Source: the human T2T-CHM13v2.0 reference genome, Homo sapiens. From it: 64,000 nt of DNA. The position numbers and the translations under genes were made by a program. The stretch lies in the NCBI RefSeq assembly GCF_009914755.1, contig NC_060938.1, one strand, 5' to 3'. The notes below the pieces were generated by a model. That model did no database searches, was not told the DNA's origin, and worked only from the letters and a program-made list of their open reading frames with translations. Shown piece by piece: positions 39,988 through 53,325 of this stretch (its first letter is position 1; the number at the start of each line of letters is the position of its first letter).

Positions 39988-41809
39988 ATGAGTATGAGCG
40001 GAGTCTTTGAAGACTGATAGCATGTCCCAGTATCCATATGTTAGGAAAGGACTCTTCCAACAACCTTTGAGATGTCTGGCCTTGTCAATTCACAAGCTCT
40101 GTGGTAAATCCAAGAAACCTGACTTTCTGCTTGGCTCTGTTTCTAATGGCTGAAGCCACATTCATTCTGGCATTATTCTGCTAATCTGTTCTTCTAGAAA
40201 GGTTTCATCTGTTTCACTGAACAGAATAATTTAAACAATCCCTATTCTTTCCTTTGTTCATAATATTATTTGAAGAATTCCTGGAGAACTATGAAATTTT
40301 ACCCAAATTAACATTGTGCTGAAATACTAAAGTGTTTTCTTTTGTAATAGTAAAATGTTAATGATTAGAATAATTATTTCTAAGGTAAACATAACATGTT
40401 ACATTTTAAACAATTTCATTGAGCTTTATCCTAAGCCACAGCCTTGACATTTGGACTCATTAAGAAAAGAGAATTTGTGTCAATAAACTGACGGTCTTTA
40501 AATTTCACTTAAAATCACACTCTGATTTCCAGAAGCTAGGACCAAAAATTTTTGGATCTACAAGAAGTTTCTCTAAGAAACAATTTATCTTAAGCCAAGG
40601 ATGAAAACATAAGGAGAGTTTTGATATTTTGAATCAGGTCCAAGAAGCTGGCAGTGTGAAACCACATGAAAATGCAAAGAACATTCTAAAGAAAAGGTTA
40701 CTATAGTCTTTTGCAGTAATCCTAAAGATACATAGTTCATATTATGCCATATTTAGATAGAATTACTTGGGGGGAAATGTTCTTATTCTACTGAAACTAG
40801 CTTTTCCCTCCTCATCAATTGGATAACATATTAGGCATTAGTGATAGAAAGACATTTGAAAGCTTTGCCATTTTAACATAATCATGAGAAATGTCTATAA
40901 ATTTATGTAGTCTGAATTAGGAAAAGCTGCATATTATGGGGAAAATATAGCCACATGTCTATAGCAGAGAGAGAAATATGTTCAAAACAATGACCTGGAG
41001 ACTATATGATGCCACCTAAGTGTCTTTCTAATCATCAAAGAACATTTAAAAAACACAATCTGTAGTTTTAGCAATAAGTTGACAGTGTACTACTAACCTA
41101 TTGCTAAGTAGTAATTCATGGATAGTCTCTATTAAAGCATTATTGGACTTATATTTTTCATTTTATATTAATAAGCCAGTAATTATTATGTGCTACACAT
41201 TCAAAAATTGAAGTATAAACATAAGCAAACATAAAACTAATATTTGATATCCTGGAGCTTCATATTGTGGAAATAAAAGCCATGAATTGAGGAATCCACT
41301 ATAAGGATAGAATTTGATGGAGTATATGGAAATTTAATGTCTGGTTTCTGAAACATCTGGGTGTCTTTAAGACACTGTCTATAACCAGGTGTTAACATCT
41401 CCAAGATATGTCAAAAAAGTTAATTGATGTCTAAGATGACTAGTCCTCTGGTGGTCATAGGGCAGTAAGAGTGGATGAGGTGTCGCTATCAGTTTGGCAG
41501 GACGCAAAGCATAAGCCATTTCAGGAACAGCAAAAACTGTGACCACAAATTGAACGTTTCAGGCTAAGTCAACTTGAAATATGCCTATAAAAAACATAAA
41601 TCATTAGAGGTTTAATGAAGAAGGGGGCAGCAAAAAAAAGTGGTCAAATACAATTGATTCAAGTGAATTATTAAAGTACAATAGTTTTACTGATGTGTTT
41701 GTGTGTGTGTGTGTTTGAAGTGCACTAAGCTATTGTCCTTGATATTTTGAGTATATAAAAATGTTTATAAAAACAAATCTCTGCCCACAGGGTATTTAAT
41801 CTATACTAT

Positions 41810-42181
41810 TGAATGAGTCATCTCAGGCTGCCATAACAAAATAGCCTAGACTGAATGGCTTAAACAACAGAAGTTTACTTTCTCATAGTTCTGGAGGCTG
41901 AGAGTCTAAAATTAGGGTGACTTCATGGTCACTCTGATGAAGGCTCTCTTCCTGACTTGCAGATCATTGTCTTTTCACTGTGATTTTACATGGCAGAGAG
42001 AGTGATCTCTCTGATATTTCTTCTAATAAGAACACTAATCCTATCTGATCAAAACCCTACCCTTATAACCTCATTTAAACCTACTATCCTCCAAAAAGCC
42101 TTATGTCCAAATACAGTCATCTTGGAGGTTATGGCTTCGACATATGAATTTGGGGGAAACAAGAACATTTAGTCCATAACA
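41810..42181 (-). mobile_element. MLT1A/B-type MaLR solo LTR
   Basis: caggctgccataacaaaatagcctagactgaatggcttaaacaacagaag...catttagtccataaca. Confidence 0.88.
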
Positions 42182-42406
42182 AGTACAGTACTTCCTGTCT
42201 CCCTACTAAACAATGATTAGAAAAAACAAAAAAGATAAAGGAATAAAAATGAGAAGATTAAAAAGAATAGTGTGAAAAAACATAGACACATTGCAGTGGA
42301 TGTTTAGATGAGGAACCTGTTCCTAGAAAATAGTTCATGGCAAATGCAGCATCACATATGTAGGATACATTCATCAACCATATAATGTATTTCACAAATT
42401 GAAGCA

Positions 42407-42823
42407 TGTCCTAGTCTATGTTGATATCTAAAACACCTGAGGCTGGGTAATTAGTAATGAAAAAAGGTTTTGGCTCACAGTTCTGCAGATTGTATGAGAA
42501 GTGTGGTGCTAGCATCTACTCAGTCCCTAGTAAGGGTCTCATGCTGCTTCTACTCATGACAGAAGGCAAAGGGGAGCTGGTTTGTGCAGAGGTCACATGG
42601 CAAGAGGGGAAGCAAGAGAGAGTGGGGGGGGAGTGCCAGGCTCTTTTAAACATCCAGGGAACTAATAGAATGAGAACTCATTCATTACTGTGGGGGTGGC
42701 ACCAAGACGTTCACAAGGGATCTACCACCATAACCAAAACACCTCCTGCTAGGCCACACCTCCAACACTGGGGGTCAAATTTTAATATGAGCTTTGAAGG
42801 GGTCAAACATCCAAACCATGGCA
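42407..42823 (-). mobile_element. MST (MSTB-like) MaLR solo LTR
   Basis: cacctgaggctgggtaatt...ggctcacagttctgcag...ccacacctccaacactgggg...catccaaaccatggca. Confidence 0.88.
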
Positions 42824-44713
42824 AGCAATTTTAGAGTTAAAGTGGCACTATTAATAATTGCAAAATTGGTCAAGCTACAGATAGCTCATGCCACGGGCCA
42901 ACCAGTCACATTGAGTCATTTGGTCTTATTGAAGAATAGAGTGTAAGAGGAACAAGTGAGGGGGATTCCTTGGCACCAAAGTCAATAGAGGTTTGGACTC
43001 TGATTGCAGGCAAATGAAAGCCATGCAAAGCTTCCGAAGGCTGGAGTGCCATGATTGAAGGTGGGCTTCCTTATGATGAATCAGGAAGTAGTGTAATTAG
43101 AATGTATGGACCAATTTTAGTAAAGGTGGTGGCAATGAAGCAAAAAAGAGAAGACAGGTGAGAGATGTGGAGACAGAGTTGTCAAATCAGGGGCTGATGA
43201 CGAGGCAGCAGGCAGCTCAGGTCTATAAAGTGCTAACTTTCTATTTGTAAACTATTTCTCTCTCCTCCTATACTCTTTGTTCCTTGCCCTTTCTTTGGGT
43301 TTGGAACTGAATATTCAAAATCTGCCCTTTACAAAGCAGAAGCAGGTTGTAAGTTCCAGACATGGAATGATGCTGCTCGAATGGAAAGTTCTGTGGGTGA
43401 GCTGTAAGCTCAGATGACCTCTCAAAGGTAATATTTTCTTATACCACAAAAGCATACCTAGTGTGTAAAAGGAGTAATATATTAAGCACTGTTCTGCTCG
43501 AGGAATCTTCCGAAATTCTCTAGATACTTCCTAGCTAAGATTTCTTCATCCTTCAAAATTAAAGCAAAAGGCAATGCAGCCTGGGAATTAAAATGTTTCC
43601 AAGATTTCTTATGCTGCTCTTTAAGAGTAGAGTTAGATAAGTTTTAGATAAGAAAAAGTGAAAGGATATTATGTTATAAAACCTAATCTGCATGATTAAA
43701 AATATCACTGATGTGAACAGAAAAGCAAGCAATTGACTGTTCTCTAACTTCTACTCTCTGCCCTCATTTCCACCCTCCTGGGGAAAAATCCATTTCAATA
43801 CCTGTCAGCTTACCTGAAAATATTTAGATTTTACAAGTTTTATTTAAAAAATAAGGAAAACTACATTATGGATACCTCTGTTCCCTGATAGAAGCAAAGT
43901 GATCTAATTTTGTTGTTTGTGGCATTTGTGAAGCATTTGTTTTGAGACATTCTGGCCTTTTCATGGACTAAGATACAAGAGATTAAAAAAAAATCCTTGT
44001 TGCCTGTAAGAGACGTGCTCAGGAATGATTTCTTAGAGGCTAAATTTATCCACAGAAACCTCTTCCTCCAGGAAAAACTGCTGCACTAGACCTTCTATAG
44101 ACGTCTTAAACAGTTAGTATTCAGATGCTCGAATCACAAGCCTCAGACAACTTGTGGAACTATTGTTTCATTTTAATAATTTATGAAAATCATTTGCTTC
44201 TGAATCCATTGTCACACCCCAGTCATGCTCAGGAGTGATTAATTTTCAGCCCAACTAAAATGGCCACCTCTTCTGCCAAGTAGAGAATAAGTGTGTCTCT
44301 TTGTTCTGGGCTATGTGTGCATCTTTCAGGAAATGCAAATGGGGAAAAATAGGCAGGAAAGGAAAATAAAACATGCAGACCTCAACAACAAATCACAAAG
44401 AACCGGAAAGAAGTAACTGAGTATTTGAGAATATATCAGATCTTGCTGTGAGATAAAATGCATATATTTAGAAAATTCTGGGAAGATCTGAAACCATTTC
44501 AACTCTAATCATAAAGCCATTGATTCCTTTGTAAAATGTGCCCACAGCAATTGAGATACCAGAAAGCCAGAGGAATTAGAAAGTGATATAAGGGAACAAA
44601 AGCAATGCTAAAAAACACAAGATTATATGTGACTGGAATATGATTTCAAAATAGCATTTCAAAGAATTCTATATGAAAAAGTCTTAAAATAATAATGATT
44701 TGTAGGGATCTAC

Positions 44714-45086
44714 TCTAATAGTCCATTCTCATGCTGCCATGAAGAAATACCCAAGACTGGGTAATTTATAAAGAAAAGAGGTTTAATTGACTTACAGTTC
44801 CACATGGCTGGGGAGGCCTCAGGAAACATACAATCATGGCAGAAGAGGAAGCAACATGTCCTCACATGGCGACAGGAGAGAAAAGAATGAGTGCCCAGGG
44901 AAGGGAGAAGCCCCTTATAAGGCAATCAGATATCATGAGAACTAACTCACTATCATGAGAATAGGATGGGAGAAACCACCCCATGATTCAGTTATGTCTG
45001 CGTTGTCCCTCCCATGACAGGTAAGGATTATGGGAACTACAATTTGAGATGAGATTTGGGTGGGGAAACAAAGCCAAACTGTATCA
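44714..45086 (-). mobile_element. THE1 (C/D) LTR, 3' LTR of a truncated element
   Basis: agtccattctcatgctgccatgaagaaatacccaagactgggtaatttataaag...agccaaactgtatca. Confidence 0.92.
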
Positions 45087-46133
45087 TTCCACCCTGGTTC
45101 CTTCAAAATCTTATGTCCTCACAATTCAAAACACAATCATGCCCTTTCAACAGTCCCCCAAAATTTCAGTTCATTCCAGCATTAACCCAAAAGTCCAAGT
45201 CCAAGGTCTTATCTGAGACAAGGCAATTCTTTTCCACCTATGAGCCTGCTAAAGCAAGTTAGTTACTTCCTAGATACAGTGAAGGTATAGTCATTGGATA
45301 AATACTCCCATTTCTCCAAATGGGATAAATTGGCCAAACAAAGGGGCCAGAGGCCCCATGCAACTTCAAAATCCAATCAGGCAGTCATTAAGCCTTAAAG
45401 TTCCAAAATGATCTCCTTTGACTCCATGTCTCACATCCAGGTCATGCTGATGCAAGAGGTGGGCTCCCATGCCTTGGGCAGCTCTGCTCCTGTAGCCCCC
45501 ATCCCAGCTGCCTTCACAGGGTGGTGTTGAGTGCTTGTGGGTTTTCCAGGTGTACGATGCAAGCTGTCAGTGTATCTACCATTCTGGGGTATGGAGGACA
45601 GTGGCTCTCTTCTCACAGCTCCACTAGGTGATGCCTCAATGAGGACTGTGTGTGGGGGCTCCAATCCCACATTTCCCTTGCACTGCCCTAGCAAAGGTTC
45701 TCCATGAGGGCTCCACCTCCTGCAGCATACTTCTGCCTGTACATCCTCTGAAATCTAGGCAGAGATTCCCAAATCTCAATATTTGACTTCTGTGCCCCAG
45801 CAGACTCAACACCACATGGAAGCTGCCAAGGCTTGGGGCTTGTACCCTCTGAAGCCATGGCCCAAACTGTACCTTTGCCCCTTTTAGCTATGGCTGGAGT
45901 AACTGGGATGCAGGGCATCAAGTCCTGAGGCTGCACACAGCAGGGGTCTCTGGACTTTGTCCAGGAAGCCCATTTTTCCCTCCTAGGCCACCAGGTCTGT
46001 GATGGGAAGGGTTTCTGTGAAGGTCTCTGACATGTCCTGGAAGCATTTTCCCCATTGTCTTGGTGATTAGCATTTGGCTCCTAGTTACTTATGCAAATTT
46101 CTGCAGCAGGCTTGAATTTCTTCACAGAAAATG
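45087..46133 (-). mobile_element. THE1-int internal region, 5'-truncated with no second LTR
   Basis: ccaaaagtccaagtccaaggtcttatctgagacaaggc; gatctcctttgactccatgtctcacatccaggtcatgctgatgcaagagg; similarity stops near 46133. Confidence 0.9.
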
Positions 46134-46784
46134 AAAAAACATAAAGAAAACATAAAGACTTCTTTATTCCCAAGCCCTGAAGGTGTGTAAACTTTTGGCT
46201 CTTTAGACTTAAACTCTAAGAGCTTGGTTTAATTTGTAGAGAAATCTGACAGTGTACAAAAATCCAGTAAATGCCAAATAATCCAATAGCAAACAAAAAG
46301 TCAACCCAACAATAAATACATATGGGGTTGAAACTTAGATCTAAGATGTTTCTGTATGTTGATTGATAGGGATAGATGGTATTTATAAAATGAACAGGAA
46401 TAGGTGGCATTTATGAAAGAGAGACTACATAGAGAAAGAAGGTAGAGGTCAGAATCCTAAGGAATGCCTGTGATTAGAGGTTAAGATGTAGAGGAAGTCA
46501 CAGCAAATGAGGCTGAAAACTGGTGTGACAAAGCTGCGTGAGTGTTAAGTTAAATTTGAAGAAAATAATAAATGAGTCATTTTCAGTAACCATGAAGGCA
46601 TACCATTCATGTTATGCTTGCTTAATAATTACTTGAGGGTGGAACTTAGAGTAAGGGGTGAGTTCTTATTGTATCAATTTCTCCTCTTTTTCAGTTTTAC
46701 ATTATACAAATTTGAAATCTAAGCCATATTAATAACCCCATTGTAATAGTCCTCCTTGAACAGAGTCTGAATTACTGTACTTTG

Positions 46785-47108
46785 TGGTTGTTGTTGTTGT
46801 TGTTTTGGTTTTGTGTTTGAGACATGGTTTTGTTCTGTTGCCCAGGCTACAGTATAGTAGCACAGTCATAGCTGTCTGAAGCCTCAACCTCCTGGGCTCA
46901 AGCAATCCCCGCACTTCAGCCTCCCAAGCTGCTGGGACCAGAGGTGTGCATCACCACACCAGGCTAATTTTTTTATTTTTTTGTAGAGATAGGGTTTTGC
47001 CATGTTGCCCAGGCTGGTCTTGAACCTCTGGACTCAAGTGATCTACCCGCCTCTGCCTCCAAAAGGATTAGGAGGCTAGGATTTCAGGCATGAGCTACTG
47101 TGTTCAGC
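46785..47108 (-). mobile_element. AluJ, full length
   Basis: Antisense Alu; TSD attactgtacttt on both sides. Confidence 0.94.
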
Positions 47109-47274
47109 TGATTACTGTACTTTAACAAGTATCATGATATGTTTTTATTTAACAAGGATACAACTGGACTTGGCAAGCACTGGCCATAGGGACTTTAGAA
47201 GAGAAGAGGGGGAAAAGTAGGAGGGCTAGAAGCAGTACGGCACAGGGCTAAGTCAAGGGTCCTCAAGCACTCCT

Positions 47275-47385
47275 GTGCATAAATAAGATCCAACCTTAAT
47301 GTTTACTAAAATGCAGATTTCCAGGCTCCACGTCCTAAGATTCTAATTCAAGTGGGAGGGGTGAGATTGTCTTGAATCTGCTATT

Positions 47386-47422
<37 letters not shown>

Positions 47423-47480
47423 CCAAGTCTGCCCTTTTATGTTGATGCAGGTTTTCCCCACCAAACTTTGAGAAAGTCTT
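47275..47480. mobile_element. MER5-family element containing a (TG)n repeat at 47388-47420
   Basis: tactaaaatgcagatttccaggctcc...gattctaattca...aaactttgagaaag. Confidence 0.7.
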
Positions 47481-48069
47481 AGAAAAATTGAGCGGTGAAA
47501 CAGTACAAAGAACATGCACAAAATTCATTGGAAATCAGAATTCACTGAGTCAACTCCTAAATGCAGCTTGGTGGCTGATAACACAGTCCCAAAATGTTAC
47601 AGAGTATGAGGAGACTCTCAGAAAGAGCAATAATTTAGTGAAAGGCTAAAGATGCTTTTTGATTCACATTGAAAAAAAATACACCTCTGGGAATAAAAGT
47701 TGTTATCTATAGGCCATTTCAAACAAGATTGTCAGTGGCCTCTCCTGCTCTCTAAGGCAAAAGTAATACTTAAGTAGACCATTACATGCTAAGGCAGAAG
47801 CTGAGAAGCAAAAATGAGAAAAGGGTCATTTACGCGAGTTACATATAATAGAAAAACCTGTGTTACAATTCCAGATGATTGGTACTGGTAAGGGATTATA
47901 CAAGAAAGTTTCATGAAATTAGTTTTTCAATTGATTTCAATTATTTTATACTTCTCAGCTACTAAACCAAATTGACTAAAGGCATGAGATACTTAACTGT
48001 AAGATGGATGTTCCAAAGGGGTTGCTCCATTGCCGATGCAGAGGATCCTGAGGTTTTAAGTCATAAAGA

Positions 48070-48890
48070 GTGTGCTTCAAAATCACCTACCGGGCTTGTT
48101 TAAAGTGCAGATTCCTTGGCTTCAACCCACATCCACCAAACAGAATCACAGTAGATGGGCTGTAAACATTTGCTTTTTAAACAAGCTCCTCAGGACAAAC
48201 TGATGTGCCCAAAGTTTGGGAATGAATGCTTTTGCTTCTTTTTCAAGTTTCTCAACCCCCTAAGCTGACAGTCTTACACAATGAACAAAGCTGGTCAAAC
48301 TGGTTAATAAAATGTTAAAATATAGCAATTAGTAAATAACAGCTTTCCTGACACCCAACTTTCACTGTCAGTGCAAATGCCAAAATGACCACCTAATCTC
48401 TCCAAGTCCTAGCCTGGGGCACTTCTACTTCCCCATATTCAGCAGCTGAAACAGTAACACCTGGGAGAGCAGGTGCTCAGAACTTCATTGCAGTGCTGTA
48501 GCTGGTCTGTTTTCTGTTTGGTTAGTCAACATGCCCCAGGGATCGTTAGCTGTTTTTACCGTTCTCCTGGATCCCTGTGGATTTCTAATGGGCAAACTTT
48601 TTAAAAGTACAAATTCTCAGACTCTAAGATGCTGGAGAATCTGATTTAGCAAGTCTGGGCATGTTACCATTTATCTATGTAGTCCCAAAAGCTTCCCAGG
48701 TGACTTTGGAGATCACCTAGGTTTGGAAACCAAAACCTTCCTACTCAAAGTGTGGTCTGGAGACCAGCATCACCAGCATCAGCTGAGAGCTTGTTAGAAA
48801 TGTAGAATCTTAGCACCTCCACCTCACTCACACTGACCAAATCAGAATCTGCATTTCAAAAAGGTGTCCAAGTGATTCATGCACACTAAC
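48070..48890. mobile_element. Cluster of MER5-family DNA transposons; the last is split by the THE1 LTR
   Basis: aaaatcacctaccgggcttgtttaaagtgcagattcc; ctactcaaagtgtggtctggagaccagcatc...gagagcttgttagaaatgtagaatct. Confidence 0.75.
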
Positions 48891-49276
48891 TAATACGGTT
48901 TGGTTCTGTGTCTTCACCCAAATCTCACCTTGAATTGTAATCCCCATAATTCCCACATGTTAGAGACAGGACCAGGTGGAGGTAATTGAATCATGGGTGT
49001 GGCTTCCCCCATGCTATTCTTGTGATAGTGAATGAATCTCACGAGATCTGAGGGTTATATAAGGATCTAAGCATCTAGCATTTCCCCTGCTTGCCTGTAC
49101 TCCATCCTGCCACCCTGTGAAGAAGGTTCCTGCTTCTCCTTTACCTTCTGCCATGACTGTAAGTTTCCTGAGGCTTCCCCAGCAATGAGTAACTGTGAGT
49201 CAATTAAATCTGTTTCCTTTATAAATTACCCAGTTTCAGGTATTTCTTCATAGCAGTGTGAGAACGGATGAATACA
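48891..49276 (+). mobile_element. THE1D-like solo LTR
   Basis: taatacggtttggttctgtgtc...agaacggatgaataca; perfect TSD ctaac at 48886-48890 and 49277-49281. Confidence 0.93.
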
Positions 49277-49703
49277 CTAACGTTTGAAAAAGACTAAGCT
49301 ATTGTAATTCACAAATTCATTAAACTAGGTCAATGATGCCCAGATGAGAATTTTATTACAAAACAGCAAAAATAAGTAAGAGTTAAGGACTTAACCTATG
49401 GCTTAACGGGGAAAACCAAAGAAAAGAAAGCTTTGAAATTGCCTTCAGGAGAACAGAATATTTTAGGAGGCACTATTTGCCCTGATATTTGCTGTTTTCA
49501 TTTTAGAGGGGTTAAATTGCTGGACATTGCACTCTCCACTTACAGTTTAAGCCTGGAGTGACTGAGATTAAGAAATTTCAGGCTGCTAGTGTCATTTTTC
49601 TAGTCACGCTCAGTGTTTCAGTTGTGTTGTCTTGCTTTATATTCTATACTGTCTTTTTTAAAAGTATAGGACATTACTAGAAGCAATCAACTTAAAATAA
49701 GCC

Positions 49704-50115
49704 TTTCATGCGCGTCCGTGTGAAGAGACCACCAAACAGGCTTTGTGTGAGCAACAAGGCTGTTTATTTCACCTGGGTGCAGGCGGGCTGAGTCCGAAAA
49801 TAGAGTCAGCAAAGGGAGATAAGGGTGGGGCCATTTTATAGGATTTGGGTAGATAAAGGAAAATTACAGTCAAAGGGGGTTGTTCTCTGGCGGGCAGAGT
49901 GGGGGTCACAAGGTGCTCAGTAGGGGAGCTTTTGAGCCAGGATGAGCCAGGAGAAGGAATTTCACAAGACATTGTCATCAGTCAAGGCAGGAACAGGCCA
50001 TTTTCACTTTTTTTGTGGTGGAATGTCATCAGTTAAGGCAGGAACCGGCCATCTGGATGTGTATGTGTAGGTCACAGGGGATATGATGGCTTAGCTTGGG
50101 CTCAGAGGCCTGACA
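49704..50115 (-). mobile_element. HERV-H 3' LTR (LTR7), 412 bp
   Basis: Minus strand reads tgtcaggcctctgagcccaagctaagcc...cacggacgcgcatgaaa; AATAAA at 49763-49768. Confidence 0.97.
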
Positions 50116-50130
50116 TGCCTGTCTTCTTAT
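50116..50130 (-). other. Polypurine tract of HERV-H
   Basis: aagaagacaggca lies immediately before the 3' LTR on the minus strand. Confidence 0.8.
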
Positions 50131-51523
50131 ATTAATAAGAAAAATAAAATGAAATAGTGGTAAAATGTTGGGACGGTGAAGATTTTGGGGGATGGTATGG
50201 ACAGATAATCGGCGATGTTTCTCAGGGCTGCTTCCGGCAGGATTAGGGGCAGCATGGGAACCTAGAGTGGGAGAGATTAAGCTGAAGGAAGATTCTGTGG
50301 TAAGGGGTGATATTGTGGGGTTGTTAGAAGAAACATTTGTCATTTAGAATTATTGGTGATGGCCTGGATAGAGTTTTGTATGAATTGAAAAACTAAACGG
50401 AATAAGAGAAGGAGAAAAACAGGTATTAAAGGACTAAGAATTGGGAGGACCTAGGACATCTAATTAGAGAGTGCCTAAGGAGGTTCAGCATAGCCTTGCC
50501 AGTAAAGATTATTTATTTAAGAGTTAAGAGTGGTGGTTTGGGGATAGCACAAGGAGATATCAGCTGTGATGGCTTGGAGAAACAGTGTAAACTGGCAGTG
50601 TAAACAAGAGCAGGGCACGTTTGAGTAGTTGAGAACGGTGAATAGGAGTATGACTAGACAGAAGACAGTAGGGATGACAAGTTTTTTTTGGGCACAGTCT
50701 AAGTTGGTCTGGTGTCTGGAATGAGACTGGGGCCTAATAAAAAGGAGCATCTATACAGGAGCTCAAATGGGCTGTACCCTGTAGCATTCTGAGGACAGGT
50801 CTGACTTCTGAGAAGGGAAAGTGGTAAAAGTATTGTCCAGTCCTTTTTAAGTTGGTGGCTGAGCTTGGTGCAGTGTGTTTTTAAAAGACCTTCAGTCCGT
50901 TCTACTTTTCCTGAAGACGGAGGACCGTAAGGGATATAAAGGTTTCACTGAATACTAAGAGCCTGAAAAACTGCTTGACTGATTTGACTAATAAAGGCTG
51001 ATCTGTTATCAGACTGTATAGAGGTGGGAAGGCTAAACTGAGGAATTATGTGTGACAGAAGGGAAGAAATGACTGCGATGGCCTTCTCAGACCCTGGAGG
51101 AAAGGCCTGTACCTATCCAGTGAAAGTGTCTATCTAGACCAAGAGGTATTTTAGTTATCTGACTCGGGGCATGTTGAGTAAAGCTAATTTGCCAGTCCTG
51201 GGTGGGGGCAAATCCTCAAGCTTGATGTGTAGGGAAGGGAGGGGGCCTGAATAATCCTTGAGGAGTAGTAGAATAGCAGATGGAACACTGAGAAGTTATT
51301 TCCTTGAGGATAGATTTCCACAATGGAAAGAAAATGAGAGGTTCTAAGAGGCGGGCTAGTGGCTTGTACTATAGCATAGCCTGCCTTTGCTGGTGTGTGG
51401 TGATTAGGCCTGGTGGAACTGCCATCAATAAATCAAGCGTGATCAGGGTGAGGAACAGGAAACAAGGAAATATGGGGAAATGGGGTGAATGTCAGGTGGA
51501 TCAGAGAGATACAGTCATGAGGG

Positions 51524-52852
51524 TCAGGTGTGGTATCCAGAATAATGTGGCAGGCCAGATTGAAGTCTGGGCCAGGAACAATGGTAATTGTGGGACTTAA
51601 CAAAGAGTGAGTACAGCTGAAGGAGCTGGGGAGCAGAAAGTATATGCCTCAGGAATGAGGCAGAAAATAGATTTTGGAAGTTATGAGCAATGTAGAGAGT
51701 ACGTTGAGCATAGTTTGTGATTTTGAGGGCCTCTAAAAGTATTAGGGCAGCAGCAGCTGCTGCACGGAGACATGATGGCCAGCCTAAAACAGTAAGGTCA
51801 AGTTGTTTGGACAAAAAGGCTACAGGATGCCATCCTGGTCCTTGTGTAAGAATTCCAACTGCACAGCCCTGCACTTCGGCTGTGTGTAATGAAAAGGGTT
51901 GGGATGAGTCAGGGAGAGCTAGAGTGGGGGCAGTCTCTAAAGCTGTCTTCAAGGAATGGAAAGAGGAGTGGGGAAAGGATTTAGGATCTATAGGGTCAGC
52001 TAGGTTTCCTTTTGTGAGTTTATATAATGGTTTTGTTAGGAATGCAAAACCAGGTATCCAAAGGCGAAAGTATCCAACCATGCCCAGGAAGGAAAGGAGT
52101 TGTTGTTTTGTAGAAGGGGTTGGGGTTTGAGAGATTAGTTGAACACGATCGGCAGGGAGAGAACGTGTGTTTTTATGAAGAATTATGCCGAGGTAGGTAA
52201 CAGATGGAGAAGAAATTTGAGCTTTGGAGGGGGATACCTGATATCCTTTGGAGAATAAATGCTGAAGGAGCAGAAGTGTGTCTTGTTGAGAAGATTCAAA
52301 GGAGGGACTACAAAGAAGAAGGTCATGAATATATTGAATAAGGTGAGAAGCGGAGGGGTGGAAAGAAAGTAAATCATGAGAAAGAGCTTGGCTGAAGTAA
52401 AGAGGACTGTCCCTGAAACCTTGCGGCAGCACAGCCCAGGTAAGCTGCTGGGACTGATGGGTGTCAGGGTCAGTCCAGGTGAAAGCAAAGAGAGGCTGGG
52501 ATGAGGGGTGCAGGGGAATAGTGAAAAAAGCATCTTTAAGATCAAGAACAGAATAGTGAGTTATGGAGGAAGGTATTGAGGACAAAAGAGTGTATGGTTT
52601 GGGCACCACAGGGTGGATAGGCAAAACAATTTGGTTGATAAGGCGCAGATCCTGAACTAATCTGTAAGATTTGTCTGGTTTTTGGACAGGTAAAATGGGG
52701 GAATTGTAAGGAGAGTTTATAGGTTTTAGAAGACAATGCTGTAGCAGGGGAGTGATAACAGGCTTTAATCCTTTTAAAGTGTGCTGTGGGATACGATATT
52801 GGCATTGAGCCGGGTAAGGGTGATTAGGTTTTAATGGGATGGTAATGGGCAT
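51524..52852 (-). pseudogene. pol: HERV-H pol remnant: 442-codon open frame covering RT and connection, catalytically mutated
   Basis: SPYNSPILPV, YRLVQDLR, LDLKDAFF and LPQGF are present; YIHD replaces YIDD; the frame drifts out of homology near its C-terminus. Confidence 0.93.
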
Positions 52853-52899
52853 GTGATCGGTTGCCAGGGAAGGATTAGAGATGTCCCATACTTGTGGGT

Positions 52900-53246
52900 T
52901 AAGGTGGGGGGATACGAGAGGAAGACACGAAGGAGGCTTTGGGTTGGGGAGAAGGGCGACAATGAGATGGGGCTGTAGTCTAGGAATAGTCAGGGAAGCA
53001 GATAATTTGGTTAAAATATCTCAGCCTAATAAGTGAACTGGGCAGGTGGGGATAACTAAAAAAGGAGTGCTTAAAAGAGTATTGTCTAAGTTGGCACCAG
53101 AGTTGGGGAGTTTTAAGAGGTTTAGAAGCCTGGCTGTCAATACTCAAAACAGTTATGGAAGCAAGGGAAACAGGCCCTTGAAAATAAGGTGATGTGGACT
53201 GGGTAGCCGCCATACTGATTAAGAAGGGGACAGACTTACCCTCCAC
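52900..53246 (-). pseudogene. pro: Degenerate HERV-H protease
   Basis: Lies between gag and RT; EGKSVPFLISMAAT has lost the catalytic DTG; frameshifted. Confidence 0.7.
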
Positions 53247-53325
53247 TGTGAAAGTTACGTGAAGCTGGCATCAGTGATGGTCTAGGGGGCTTCCGAGGCA
53301 ATCGGGCAGCATCAGTCTTCAGCCA

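Noticed and set aside
51717-52130. 137-aa plus-strand ORF antisense to HERV-H pol
   Set aside because: Shadow frame of pol with no independent evidence
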